Below, one piece after another: positions 1 to 10,024 of a DNA stretch of 64,000 nucleotides. The stretch's first letter is position 1, and every line of letters starts with the position of its first letter. The stretch spans positions 2,440-66,439 of the forward strand of contig JAGLWU010000002.1 in NCBI GenBank assembly GCA_023133275.1. The letters are read 5' to 3'. Under the pieces are notes generated by a model that was given only the letters and a program-made list of their open reading frames with translations, had not been told where the DNA came from and did no database searches. The DNA is from Candidatus Moraniibacteriota bacterium. Its GTDB lineage: Bacteria; Patescibacteriota; Minisyncoccia; Moranbacterales; GCA-2747515. Both the position numbers and the translations under genes were made by a program.

Positions 1-601
1 TTTTTTTAAAATCAAATAAACTATCATTCACCATTAAACCAAAAGCTCGTGCATAATTAGTTTTATCTTTATCTTCATTTTCAATTAAGCCGAACTTTTG
101 ATTATGAATTTTAACTTTTGGAACTTCGAAATCAACAAAATTAACCCATTTGACTTCTCCGATTGACACAACAGCTGAAGAAATATTTTCATTACTTTTT
201 AAACCAATTTCAATTAAATATTTCGATTCAGTAGGTAAAATAAAACTTTTACCTTCACGAAAAACCACAGTCTCTCCAGCTTCATTTTTCAAATCAATTT
301 TATATTTAAATTCCGACGCTCCGTAACGTTCATTAGGATTATTAATTTCAATAGCTAAATCGTAAAGATTATGACCACCATAAATAACATGGTAATCTTC
401 GATGATAATTTTTTCAGCTTCTATTCCTTCTGAGCACTTATTGCACGGACCTCCGCAATCGATATTCTCTTCACCTTGATTTTTCTTTCCATCGACGCAA
501 GATGGATCAGCTGTAAATCTTCTCGTAATTAAAAAAATAATCGTTCCTGCGATAAGCAAATAAATTATTATAATAAAAATTCTTTTCTGGACTCTAAACA
601 T
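1..601 (-). CDS. hypothetical membrane-anchored protein, partial (runs off the left edge); ATG at 601..599
   Basis: Open minus-strand frame from ATG at 601 to position 1 with no stop. Translation MFRVQKRIFIIIIYLLIAGTIIFLITRR... has an N-terminal TM helix and a Cys-rich segment. Missing from the ORF track because it is truncated. Confidence 0.45.
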   Translation of the reverse strand, partial: MFRVQKRIFIIIIYLLIAGTIIFLITRRFTADPSCVDGKKNQGEENIDCGGPCNKCSEGIEAEKIIIEDYHVIYGGHNLYDLAIEINNPNERYGASEFKYKIDLKNEAGETVVFREGKSFILPTESKYLIEIGLKSNENISSAVVSIGEVKWVNFVDFEVPKVKIHNQKFGLIENEDKDKTNYARAFGLMVNDSLFDFKK

Positions 602-779
602 ATTTTGTTTTATTTTAAATTTTCTATATTAAAATTTTACCATAGTTAAAGTCAATTGTCATTTAAAAGCTTTTTGTAAAAAGAAATTTTGCATTATTTA
701 CAAAAGATTGCAAGATTTATAAATTTTAGTAATAATATTTTTAAAATAGATAATATTAGTAATACATTAAACCTCTCGG

Positions 780-1138
780 AAGTAAAAGAAGAAAACAGCA
801 GATTTTAAATTTCCTACTTCAGAACTGCGAGTTAAAGGGTAAAAAGCCAGTGCTTACCTTGCGTTCACCCTTTAATTTGGTGGTTGAATCTAAACATCAA
901 CCTATAATGCTCTCCGTGGTAAAGAACGTTAGAGCTTATTTCATGGAAAGGAATAATGAAGTAAGTTTTTTAAATCTATAAAAAATATCTTTAATCACTC
1001 AAAATAAATCTTACTAATTCAAAGTTAAACACCTTTCAAAGTAAAAGTTATACTATTTTTTGTTTTAAATTACACCGACGGCAACATAACCCTCCCCCTA
1101 CCTCCCCCCACGGGAGAATTTAAAGGGGGTGTTTTTTG
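780..1138 (+). other. candidate structured non-coding transcript ending in a strong intrinsic terminator
   Basis: No ORF on either strand. Internal hairpins (TTAAAGGGT...ACCCTTTAA; GGTTGA...TCAACC). An unusual C-rich run, CCCTCCCCCCTACCTCCCCCC, in an otherwise AT-rich genome. Ends in a CCCCCC/GGGGG hairpin plus TTTTTT at 1104-1138. Confidence 0.2.
1104..1138 (+). terminator. rho-independent terminator (CCCCCC-loop-GGGGG plus T6)
   Basis: cctcccccc acgggagaatttaaa gggggtg tttttt, read directly from the sequence. Confidence 0.55.
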
Positions 1139-1312
1139 CGTATAGAGGTATGAGAAGTGGGGCGTCAAAGACATTTTCTTTTATATATATTGTAAATATT
1201 AATAAAAAATTTAATTAATTTTATAATTATTTTATCTTAACGATAATTTATTTTAAAATTTCAATTATAAGTTTATAGTTTTGATTATATTGTAATGTCG
1301 TCAAAAGTCTAA

Positions 1313-1395
1313 TTTGATTATACGCTAGTGTTATCAAAAAATTAATACCCTTAAAATTGCTTATTTAAAGTATTTTTTGGTTAATTTTGATTTAA
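1313..1395. repeat. direct repeat copy 1 (about 83 bp, roughly 85% identical to 3702..3784)
   Basis: tttgattatacgctagtgttatcaaaaa...ttaaag.attttttgg.ttaattttgattt is shared with the copy at 3702. The pair brackets the 1468..3677 two-gene segment. Confidence 0.7.
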
Positions 1396-1467
1396 TGTTT
1401 TATAAAAAAACAACAGGAACTTTAAAAAAAGATTATTAGTAAAAAGAGTAAAAGTCAAAGTAAAATT

Positions 1468-2079
1468 TCAATACTGCCCATTCAAACTAACTCTTTCTTT
1501 ATAGACATCCACAACCTCATTCGTAAATCTAAATAATTCATTCAAAGTTTCTCTTGCAGTAAAACCGTCATCTTTTAAATCTAGCTTTAAAATAATGTCG
1601 GCTTGAATTGATGAATTGGCATGACTACCCGTTTTTAAATCAAAAGTTATTAATTCTTTTTTATTGTCTTGGTTTGTAATTTCTACCCAACCATCGACAC
1701 CGCATTGATAATCTAACGGCGTACCGACTGCAGTGTAAAATCTAACTTCTCCAATATCTAAATTATTTTCTTTTAATTTTGTCGCAATCATTGATTCAAT
1801 TTCTTTAGCTACATTTTCCTCATCTCTCTCGCTTTCAATTGGTTGATGAGTTCGTGCAAATCCAAAAAGTTCATGCTTTGCTTTTTGGTATGTTTCAGAT
1901 GTTCGATCTGCTGGTACTGGCATTCTTTCGGCTCTTCCAATTATACATCTCCCTAAAATTGCTTGTTCACACTCTTGTCCTCTATCTGCTTTTCGAGTTT
2001 GCGGATCAACCATTTGTCCCATTTTTTCAACTAAACCTCTTCTTTGTGCTTCTCTTTTTATATATTCAATATATGGCAA
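1468..2079 (-). CDS. hypothetical protein; locally GC-richer than surroundings, likely foreign cargo
   Basis: 203-aa ORF with no motif I recognise. Composition is visibly more GC-rich than neighbours. Sits between the direct repeats. Confidence 0.45.
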   Translation of the reverse strand: MPYIEYIKREAQRRGLVEKMGQMVDPQTRKADRGQECEQAILGRCIIGRAERMPVPADRTSETYQKAKHELFGFARTHQPIESERDEENVAKEIESMIATKLKENNLDIGEVRFYTAVGTPLDYQCGVDGWVEITNQDNKKELITFDLKTGSHANSSIQADIILKLDLKDDGFTARETLNELFRFTNEVVDVYKERVSLNGQY

Positions 2080-2231
2080 AAATTCATAGCTTGGCTTTTC
2101 AAATTTTTCACCGCCCCCCCCATTGAATTTAACTACTCTTTTATTTCCTTATGTAGATTCTATTTGATTTTCAAAATTCATATTTTTTTAATAATTTTAT
2201 GATTGTATTCTATTATAAATTGAAATTAACA

Positions 2232-3677
2232 TTAAACCAGTAAAAAATAATCTAACGGAATTTTAACTATATTACCTATAATATCTAATTTTTCACTTCC
2301 GATAACTATTCCATATTTAGTTCTATTATTACTTTTTAAAATAGTTTTTTCTACTTGTTTTATTTCTTCTTTGCCAAAACCAATTTCAATTACAATCTCA
2401 TCTTTACTTGAAAAACGTAAAATAAAATCAGCTCCACCACTTCCATAATCATAATACACAATTATCTCCCTAAATAATTCTTTTGAACAAATTAAAGCTA
2501 CATAATCCTCCAGCAAAGATCCCTTTATATCATCACCAAAAATACCATTTAACAAACCCGCTCTAATATTTGAACTAATAAATAAATATTTTGATGATTT
2601 TTTAACTTGTTTATAGGGTTGTCCATACGGTTTAACCTCAAAAAGTATTTCTGCGTCAACTAAAGATGCTAAAATCTTATTTACAGTACTAGAGTGAATT
2701 TTTAAAGTATTAGCTAAATTACCTGTGCTTATTTCACTAGAATTAGCCAACAAAAATAAAACATCAGGAATCCTTACAAGTGTCTCTGCATCAAAATCAC
2801 CCGAAAGAATTAAATCTCTTTGAATAATATTAGTTAAAACCATATTCTTAATTCTTTCCAATGCTGATGATTTATTTTCCATTTCTGCCGAAAAAGGAAA
2901 AGCCCCTCGCAAAAAATAATTATTTTTTATAAACTGTAAATTTTTAATTTTAGATAATTCCTTTACAATTGATGATTGTAAATTTACTAAAGAATTATAA
3001 ACCTCCTCTGCATTATTTTTATTAAAAATTGAGTTTTTTATTTTTTTACTTAATTTATCATCTAACTCTACATTTTCATGCAAAAACAAATTTTCTGAAA
3101 ATTTCTCGGGCAAAATTCTCTTTGTTTTTGACCTTCTTACCAAATCTTTATTTTTTTGATTTAAGAAAATAGCCGATGAACCAGTAGCCACAATTAATAT
3201 ATTATTATTACCTTTTGTTTTATCAAAAAGTAATTTTAAAAACAAATCCCATTTTTCATCATATTGAATTTCATCAATAAGCAAAAGTATTTTTTTTGAG
3301 CTATTGCTTAATCCACTCCATATATTTTTTTCGAGATAAGATATAAATTCTTGTAAAGATATTTTTTCAGACAAAAGACGGTCCACTGAAATATATATTT
3401 TCTCATCAAGGTTATTTTTTGTTTTATTAAATTTTTCATAAAAATATAGCTGAGATAACAAAGTAGTTTTTCCTACCCCTCGAATACCTGGTAAAACAAT
3501 TATTTTATTTTCTTCTGAAAGAGAATTGTTTAATAAATCATCTAAATATTTTTTTAATTCAATATAAACAAACCTTGTTTTTCTTAATTCTTTTTTTTCA
3601 TTGAAAATATACCCCGATAAATAATCATCGAGATTAGCTTTCCATTCAATATAAAAATTTTCTATTTTTTTGTTCAT
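2232..3677 (-). CDS. AAA+ ATPase, DUF4143/COG1373-like family
   Basis: Walker A VLPGIRGVGKTTLLSQL, Walker B LLLIDEIQY, and a C-terminal region typical of DUF4143-type stand-alone ATPases. Confidence 0.75.
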   Translation of the reverse strand: MNKKIENFYIEWKANLDDYLSGYIFNEKKELRKTRFVYIELKKYLDDLLNNSLSEENKIIVLPGIRGVGKTTLLSQLYFYEKFNKTKNNLDEKIYISVDRLLSEKISLQEFISYLEKNIWSGLSNSSKKILLLIDEIQYDEKWDLFLKLLFDKTKGNNNILIVATGSSAIFLNQKNKDLVRRSKTKRILPEKFSENLFLHENVELDDKLSKKIKNSIFNKNNAEEVYNSLVNLQSSIVKELSKIKNLQFIKNNYFLRGAFPFSAEMENKSSALERIKNMVLTNIIQRDLILSGDFDAETLVRIPDVLFLLANSSEISTGNLANTLKIHSSTVNKILASLVDAEILFEVKPYGQPYKQVKKSSKYLFISSNIRAGLLNGIFGDDIKGSLLEDYVALICSKELFREIIVYYDYGSGGADFILRFSSKDEIVIEIGFGKEEIKQVEKTILKSNNRTKYGIVIGSEKLDIIGNIVKIPLDYFLLV

Positions 3678-3701
3678 ACTATAATCATAACAAAATTATA
3701 T

Positions 3702-3784
3702 TTTGATTATACGCTAGCGTTATCAAAAAGTCAATGCTTTAAGAATAGCTCACTTAAAGGATTTTTTGATTAATTTTGATTTTT
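3702..3784. repeat. direct repeat copy 2 (partner of 1313..1395)
   Basis: See copy 1. Lies immediately upstream of the AAA ATPase start codon, in the minus orientation. Confidence 0.7.
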
Positions 3785-3900
3785 AAAATTTTAACTTTTT
3801 TCATTTTTAAGGTTTAGAAGTTAATTTTTGACATTATCTTTTTTATCATGGAGAGTTTGAATATGGCGGAAAGTGGCATAAAGGACAACACGAACCAATA

Positions 3901-4752
3901 ATGACAAAAAGTGAATTTAATCAAATTCAAGTTATTTTAGGAAAGAAAAGACCTGATAAGCCCCACAAAAACACCTTTCCATTTACTGGATTAATGAAAT
4001 GCGGTGAATGTGGCAAGGTTGTTACTGCTGAACATAAATATAAAAAGCAAAAGAACGGAAATAAACATCATTATATTTATTATCATTGTACAGCTAAAAA
4101 TAAAAGTATATGTTCTCAAAGTGTGGTAAACCAAAAAGAAATAAGTAAGCAAATGATTGATATAGTAAACTCAATTAAAGTCCCTAGAGACTTTGTTAAA
4201 TGGGCTTTAGAGGTGATTAAAAAACAAAATAATGCAGAGGTCCAAACTAGAATTAGTATAATTGAAAGTCAACGCAAAGCCTATGATAAATGTAGTACTA
4301 AGATTGATACTTTGATAGAAATGCGGATTAACGGCGAACTATTAGAAGAGGAATTTTCAAATAAGAAAAAGGATATTCAAGAAGAAAAAGAACGATTGAA
4401 TAAAATTATAAACAATGTTGATAGTAAGGCTGATAAATGGATGGGAGAAGTTGAGGATGTTTTTAATTTTTCTGAAATGATTAGTACTAAATTTGAAAAT
4501 TCAGATGATTTAACAAAGAAAAAAATAATTAGAAATATTTGTTCGAACCTCTACTTAAAAGATAAGAAAGTTAGTATTCAATTGAAAAAACCATTTGAAG
4601 AGTTGCAAGTAGTCTCAAAGTTCATAAGAAACGAAAGTATAGTTGTTAGAACCGCTGGAAATAGCTTAGATAAAAGAAAAACTGCCCTTTCTTATGGACA
4701 GTTTCCTACTATGCTCCGAGAGTCGGATTCGAACCGACGACCAATTGGTTAA
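3901..4752 (+). pseudogene. large serine recombinase, C-terminal fragment only (zinc-ribbon plus coiled-coil); the N-terminal catalytic and recombinase domains are missing
   Basis: FTGLMKCGECGKV...YYHCTAKN is the zinc beta-ribbon that normally sits at about residue 270 of large serine recombinases; here it is at residue 28. The ORF's 3' end overlaps tRNA-Asn on the opposite strand. Confidence 0.6.
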
Positions 4753-4785
4753 CAGCCAACTGCTCTACCGCTGAGCTATCTCGGA
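4714..4785 (-). tRNA. tRNA-Asn (anticodon GTT)
   Basis: Reverse complement TCCGAGATAGCTCAGCGGTAGAGCAGTTGGCTGTTAACCAATTGGTCGTCGGTTCGAATCCGACTCTCGGAG. Perfect 7-bp acceptor stem, T-arm GTCGG/TTCGAAT/CCGAC, anticodon loop CTGTTAA. Confidence 0.85.
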
Positions 4786-4892
4786 ATATCAACATACAAA
4801 TAGAATTATAAATCAATTTTAAAGAATAATCAAGTGTCTCGTACACAAAAAGAAAACGAGACACTCAAAATAATTCTATTAGTACAATTTTA

Positions 4893-6107
4893 TTAGTAAT
4901 CCTTCAATTTGTCAATAACTGCATGTTCTCTAATTTTTTCCAAAGCCTTAGCTTCAATCTGACGAATCCTTTCTCGAGTAACTCCAAACTCCTGACCAAC
5001 TTCCTCCAAAGTATGAGTAACGCCATCTTCTAAACCAAAACGGATTTTAATAATTTTCTGTTCACGAGGCGAAAGTTCACTTAAAACTTCCGTAACATGT
5101 TCAGATAATAAAGTTCGAGAAGCTCCCTTATTTGGCATAATAGTCTCAGTGTCTTCAATAAAATCACTCAACACACTATTATCATCACTGTCCCCAACTG
5201 AAGTTTCCAACGAAACTGTCTCCTGAGAAATCTTTTGAATATGACGAACTTTCTCAATTTCTAAATCCATCTCAGCCGCGACCTCCTCTGGCAATGGCTC
5301 TCTCCCCAACTCTTGTACAAGACGCCTCACAACCTGCATATATTTATTGATCGTCTCCACCATGTGAACTGGAATACGAATAGTTCGAGACTGATCTGCC
5401 AATGCTCGAGTGATCGCCTGACGAATCCACCAAGTCGCATAAGTAGAAAATTTATATCCTCGATGATAGTCAAACTTTTCCACTGCCCGAAATAAACCAA
5501 TGTTCCCCTCTTGAATTAAATCGAGCAAAGAAAGATTAGCTGAACGACCAACATATTTTTTTGCAATTGAAACTACCAAACGTAAATTTGCCTCAGCTAA
5601 TTTTTGTTTAGCTGCCTCATCACCCTTTTCAATCGCCTTAGCCAAAGTAACCTCCTCCTCTGATTTCAAAAGTGGCACCCGTCCAATTTCTTTAAGATAC
5701 ATTTGCACCAAATCACCAGCATTACTTTCAGTTACCGCTGTCTCCTGAACAAGAATCTCATCACTTTTTTTCTGGGCTTTTTTTCTTTTAGACTTATCTT
5801 TAATATGCGACTCTACGTGCAACATTTCATCAGTCCTAAGAATTCTGATATTATTATTTTCCAATTGATCATAAAAATCCTCCAAATCTTCTAAATTTTT
5901 CTCAATATCTGGCATCACGTGCATAATCTCATCTTCAGTAATAAAATTCCGTTGCCTCCCTCGAGCAAAAAGATCTTGAAGAGGTTTACTTAATTCTATT
6001 TGATCAGCTTTTTTACGATCAACTCTTTTTTTTGTCACTTTTTTCTTTGCAGTTTTTTTTCTAGAAGATTTTTTAGTTGCTTTTTTTGTAGTTTTTTTTC
6101 TTACCAT
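4893..6107 (-). CDS. rpoD: RNA polymerase sigma-70 factor RpoD
   Basis: Regions 2-4: [40 protein letters not shown] and a C-terminal HTH. Lys-rich N-terminus. Stop codon TAA. Confidence 0.95.
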   Translation of the reverse strand: MVRKKTTKKATKKSSRKKTAKKKVTKKRVDRKKADQIELSKPLQDLFARGRQRNFITEDEIMHVMPDIEKNLEDLEDFYDQLENNNIRILRTDEMLHVESHIKDKSKRKKAQKKSDEILVQETAVTESNAGDLVQMYLKEIGRVPLLKSEEEVTLAKAIEKGDEAAKQKLAEANLRLVVSIAKKYVGRSANLSLLDLIQEGNIGLFRAVEKFDYHRGYKFSTYATWWIRQAITRALADQSRTIRIPVHMVETINKYMQVVRRLVQELGREPLPEEVAAEMDLEIEKVRHIQKISQETVSLETSVGDSDDNSVLSDFIEDTETIMPNKGASRTLLSEHVTEVLSELSPREQKIIKIRFGLEDGVTHTLEEVGQEFGVTRERIRQIEAKALEKIREHAVIDKLKDY

Positions 6108-6144
6108 AATATTTTAATTATTAGTTAATGTTTTTTAAATTTTA

Positions 6145-7944
6145 CTATGAATGATTCACTAAATTTTTTGAAGCCTGATTTATTTTTTCTAAAATATTTT
6201 TCTGTTCTTGATAATCACCCGTCTTCTGCACTTTTTTTAACTCTTGAGTCAACCGAGTAATTTCTTGCTTATTTTTTTCTTGAACAACATTTTTAATATA
6301 ATCTTCCATATCGGAAATAGGACTACTTTCGTCATAATGCTCAATTTCATACCTCTGTTTAAAATTCAAAGCCTCTTTGTAAATATTTTCTCGACTATTA
6401 TCTTTACTAACAAAATTACCCGCTTCAAAATTACAGTCTGGACCTTCTCGAATTAAAACAGCTAAAAAATTATGTTCTTTCAAAATTGAATATCTTTTTT
6501 TATTATCATAAATATGTTTCCAAACGTGCGGATAAGACAACATCATCAAAGCAATTATTTTATACAAACGATATAATCTAGAATTTTTAATTTCATCACT
6601 GACGTTTTTTTGAACACTCTTTTCTGCTGATTTATAATTTTTAAAAACTTTATTGTCTTCTATTTTATATTTATCCACAATGTCAAAAATTACTTTTTCT
6701 TCAACATTGAAAATATCTGCACATTTCGAAATCCACGCCTCCCGCTCTATTTTATTATCAATTTTAGAAACAAAAGAAACTACTTCATCCACTGCCAATC
6801 GTTTATCATGCGGATCAGAAAAATCATATTTACTTTTCGCCAAATCAATAAAAGTCACAATCACATTTTTTGCCTCACTAATAATTTGCTTTAACTTTTC
6901 AGGATCATCTTTAACAATGTCCGCCGCATCTTTTCCTTCTTTCAAGATAATTATGGAAAGACTAACATCTGCCGACAAACAAGTTTTTGCACTTCGCTCA
7001 ACTGCTTTCATCCCTGCATCATCCGAATCAAAAAATAAAACAAAATTTTTCGTATACCGTTTAAGAATTTTAATATGATCATCCGTCAAAGCTGTCCCTG
7101 AAACTGCCACTACATTTTCCACGTCCGCCTGCCAAGCTGCCATCACATCCATATTACCTTCCATAATTATCACCTGATCTTTTTGCTTAATTGACTGTTT
7201 TGCCAAATCAATTCCGTAAAGAATACTACTTTTGTGATAAAGTGGCGACTCTGGCGTATTAACATATTTTGCTTGAGACTCATCTTGCCCAGGTAAAACT
7301 CGAGCCGTAAATCCAACCACTCGACCTAAAGAATCTGCAATCGGAAAAATAATTCTATTACGAAAACGATCGTAATATCCACCTGCATTTTTTTCAACTA
7401 AAAGTCCTGCTTCAAAAATATCTTCTTTCGTAAAATTTTGATTCACTAAAAAATTTTCTAAATAATTCCAACCTTTTGGTGCAAATCCAATTTTAAATTT
7501 TTTAATAATTTCATCGCTCATTCCCCGCTCTCGTAAATATTTTAAAATTTCATTATCATTATTTCCCGCAAAAAGTTGTTTAGCATAAAATCGAGCCGTT
7601 AAATCTAAAATAGAATAAAAAGTATCGTTTTTTTGTTTTGTCTCTTTATTCTGAGAAAAATTATTTTGCAATTCAACACCAGATCTTTCCGCCAACATTT
7701 TCAAAGCCTCTTGAAAACCAATTCCTTCAATTTCCATGATAAAAGTCAAAATATCACCACTCTGATTACAGCCAAAACAGTGATAAAATTGTTTGTCCTC
7801 ATTAACAATAAAAGAAGGTGTTTTTTCCTGATGAAAAGGACAATTAGCTTTTAAACTACTTCCCGTTTTGATCAATTTTACGTACTCACCCACTATATCC
7901 ACAATGTTAACTCTGGACTTTACTAATTCGACATCCGATGACAT
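6145..7944 (-). CDS. dnaG: DNA primase DnaG
   Basis: Zinc-binding CPFHQEKTPSF...CFGCN, a TOPRIM region, dnaG-rpoD synteny. Stop codon is TAG, followed immediately by TAA. Confidence 0.95.
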   Translation of the reverse strand: MSSDVELVKSRVNIVDIVGEYVKLIKTGSSLKANCPFHQEKTPSFIVNEDKQFYHCFGCNQSGDILTFIMEIEGIGFQEALKMLAERSGVELQNNFSQNKETKQKNDTFYSILDLTARFYAKQLFAGNNDNEILKYLRERGMSDEIIKKFKIGFAPKGWNYLENFLVNQNFTKEDIFEAGLLVEKNAGGYYDRFRNRIIFPIADSLGRVVGFTARVLPGQDESQAKYVNTPESPLYHKSSILYGIDLAKQSIKQKDQVIIMEGNMDVMAAWQADVENVVAVSGTALTDDHIKILKRYTKNFVLFFDSDDAGMKAVERSAKTCLSADVSLSIIILKEGKDAADIVKDDPEKLKQIISEAKNVIVTFIDLAKSKYDFSDPHDKRLAVDEVVSFVSKIDNKIEREAWISKCADIFNVEEKVIFDIVDKYKIEDNKVFKNYKSAEKSVQKNVSDEIKNSRLYRLYKIIALMMLSYPHVWKHIYDNKKRYSILKEHNFLAVLIREGPDCNFEAGNFVSKDNSRENIYKEALNFKQRYEIEHYDESSPISDMEDYIKNVVQEKNKQEITRLTQELKKVQKTGDYQEQKNILEKINQASKNLVNHS

Positions 7945-8078
7945 ATTTTGATAATATTGATGATTTAAGAAGTTTCTTAGTAAAAAATGGAAATTTAGTT
8001 TTTTGTTTTTACGTATATATTAATAGTACACATGAAACGATAAAAATATTTCACTTTCTATTTTTTTAAAAAATAATT

Positions 8079-8215
8079 GTACTAGCCGTACGGGCTTTTC
8101 TGAAACAAGGGGTCATGACCCCTCATTCAATTCTTAAAAGTTTTCTGTCACTCTGAACGGAATAATTTTTATGAAACAAAATTACGTAGTGAAGGATCCC
8201 CCACAAAGAATCCGA
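8079..8215. repeat. composite intergenic repeat: GTAC-hairpin module plus 20-bp palindrome CAAGGGGTCATGACCCCT plus TGTCACTCTGAACG...GTGAAGGATCCCC module
   Basis: Same modules recur at 28371-28480, 32850-33035, 36026-36158, 14056-14080, 26233-26253 and 50769-50789. Confidence 0.7.
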
Positions 8216-8290
8216 AAGTCCCCAATCATATCACTTTAAAAAGCTTTCATCAAACTAAAAATTTAAAAATAATAATTCAAAAAAGTACTT

Positions 8291-9277
8291 TTAATTACTT
8301 AAAAGCAATAAAATTAATCCTATCATTTTATCTATTTCTTTAGGATTAGATTCCGCAATCAAAAGAGTAAGAATCGTCAAAGTCTCTGGAGAAATATTTT
8401 TCCGAAAATCAAAATTCGCCTTTTGCAAAAACCAAATGAACGAAAAAGCTCCGGTTCGTTTATTGCCATCAGTAAACGGATGATTCTTAATCACAAAATA
8501 CATCAAATGTGCCGCCTTCTCCTCAACGGTCAAATAAACATCCTTCCCAAAAATAGACTGCAACACATTTCCCAAAATACCATCCAAATTTCCTTTTTTC
8601 TTTTCTTGTGCAAAAAGTTCAGTTGCCTCTTTTTTTGAAACAAGTTCTTTTTTAAATATCTCAATGTCAGCATATAAATCTTTAGCTTGAACTTTCACTT
8701 TTTTCTCACTCATTCCTTTTTGCGGAAATTTTTGTTTATCATACTGATCCAGAGAAAACCAAGTTTCCGAAAATGTTTTAACTAATTCCAAAGCATCTTC
8801 TGTTTTAATTTTAGAATTACTTTTTGTTAAAACTTTTACATTTTCTGCAGTTTGTAAAAATTCTTGATAATTTTTTGCAAGTTGATGTTCGTTAATTGTA
8901 AAACCTTTAGTAATATGTGCTTTCAAAATTTTTATTGCCCATTGTCGAAAAGTAATAGCGACGGAAGAATTTGTACGATAGCCTACCGCAAGAATTATAT
9001 CTAAATTGTAAAATTTTATTTCTCTTGTTTGTGTTTTTCCTTTAACTGCACCATGTTGAGTGGTTTGTGCAAAATTTGCACAAACCATTTGTTCGTCAAT
9101 CTCTCCATCATCAAAAATATTTTTAATATGTTTTGTAATGACTGTTCTATCTACTTCAAAAATTTGAGCAATTTGTTTTTGATTTGCCCAAATTGTTTCA
9201 TTTTGTGCGTCTTCCTTCAAACGGATTTCTCCATCTTTTGTTTGATATATTGCTAATTTTTTGAGATTGTTTTTCAT
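8291..9277 (-). CDS. RhuM-family N-terminal domain fused to a Fic/DOC domain protein
   Basis: N-terminus is RhuM-like: IYQTKDGEIRL...NQKQIAQIF...KHIKNIF. C-terminus carries the Fic/Doc motif NHPFTDGNKRTG. Confidence 0.7.
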   Translation of the reverse strand: MKNNLKKLAIYQTKDGEIRLKEDAQNETIWANQKQIAQIFEVDRTVITKHIKNIFDDGEIDEQMVCANFAQTTQHGAVKGKTQTREIKFYNLDIILAVGYRTNSSVAITFRQWAIKILKAHITKGFTINEHQLAKNYQEFLQTAENVKVLTKSNSKIKTEDALELVKTFSETWFSLDQYDKQKFPQKGMSEKKVKVQAKDLYADIEIFKKELVSKKEATELFAQEKKKGNLDGILGNVLQSIFGKDVYLTVEEKAAHLMYFVIKNHPFTDGNKRTGAFSFIWFLQKANFDFRKNISPETLTILTLLIAESNPKEIDKMIGLILLLLSN

Positions 9278-9343
9278 GATTTTATTATATCATTTAATTT
9301 ACAAAATTTACACATTATTTTTTAAATAGAATAAAATATCATA

Positions 9344-9946
9344 TTATTTGAAATTTTCATCTTCCTCCCATTTTTGAAAATTATAAATAATATAATTTCT
9401 AATATTTAATAATTCTTTTTCATTTCTAATAATTCTATCGTAAAATCTAGGTTGCCATGCAAAATTTATTTTGTGATCTTTATTTTTTATTTTAAAATTC
9501 TTATTTATTGTTTTTGTGCAAATTGATTTAAATGAACCAATTATCGCTGAAATTGTATTTTTACCTTGATTTTGAAAACGATTTTTTCCAATATTTTCAT
9601 CCGCCTCCACCGTAGAGATAAGGCACTGCCTTGTCTCTACATTTGCGGAAATTTCTCGCTCTACCTCATCAATCACAATTATTCCATGAATGTGATTTGG
9701 CATAATTATAAATTCATCTAATCGTACATTTTGAAAATGATTTGGAATTTCCAACCAAAATTTTTCTACGATTTTTCCTATTTCATTTAAAATTAATTTT
9801 TGATCTTTTATTTTTCCAAAATAATTTTCTTTGTTTTTTGTGCAAATTGTTATGTAATACTAACCTGCTGATGCGTAATTCCAGTTTTGTAAACGGGTTG
9901 ATTTTGTGCGATATTTATTTTTGTATTTTTCTGGATTTATTTGCAT
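9344..9946 (-). pseudogene. REP-associated tyrosine transposase (RAYT, IS200/IS605 Y1 family) disrupted by an in-frame TAG at 9860-9862
   Basis: N-terminus MQINPEKYKNKYRTKSTRLQNWNYASAG, then TAG, then YYITICTKNKENYFGKI...IIMPNHIHGII (HuH) ...FAWQPRFYDRIIRNEKELLNIRNYI in the same frame. The ORF track shows only the TTG-initiated downstream part, 9344-9754. Confidence 0.75.
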
Positions 9947-9963
9947 TTGTTTAATTCTTCACA

Positions 9964-9998
9964 ATCGTAGAAACGTTGCAATGCAACGTTTCTACGAT
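9964..9998. repeat. REP hairpin 1 (GTAGAAACGTTGCA / TGCAACGTTTCTAC), directly adjacent to the RAYT gene
   Basis: Perfect palindrome beginning with GTAG. Same family as the hairpins at 35988, 37367 and elsewhere. Confidence 0.75.
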
Positions 9999-10024
9999 AT
10001 GATAATTTTTACTTTTAAATTTTA

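Larger units (their letters stand above)
1313..4785. mobile_element. remnant of a tRNA-Asn-associated integrative element (recombinase fragment plus repeat-flanked cargo)
   Basis: Truncated serine recombinase abutting the tRNA-Asn 3' end, 83-bp direct repeats, an AAA ATPase and a GC-richer unknown ORF. Confidence 0.4.

Noticed and set aside
780-1138. Tried to read this ORF-free region as RNase P RNA, tmRNA, SRP RNA or 6S RNA
   Set aside because: I could not find the conserved P4 (AGGAAAGUCCGG), tmRNA tRNA-like ends or the SRP domain IV motif on either strand. Kept only as a low-confidence generic ncRNA candidate.
9860-9862. Considered TAG stop-codon reassignment or readthrough to explain the in-frame TAG codons in the RAYT and in the small ORF at 60213
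   Set aside because: dnaG (TAG then TAA), rplI and the glycoside hydrolase all terminate at TAG at the expected protein C-termini. TAG is therefore a functional stop, so nonsense mutation or pseudogene is the simpler reading.
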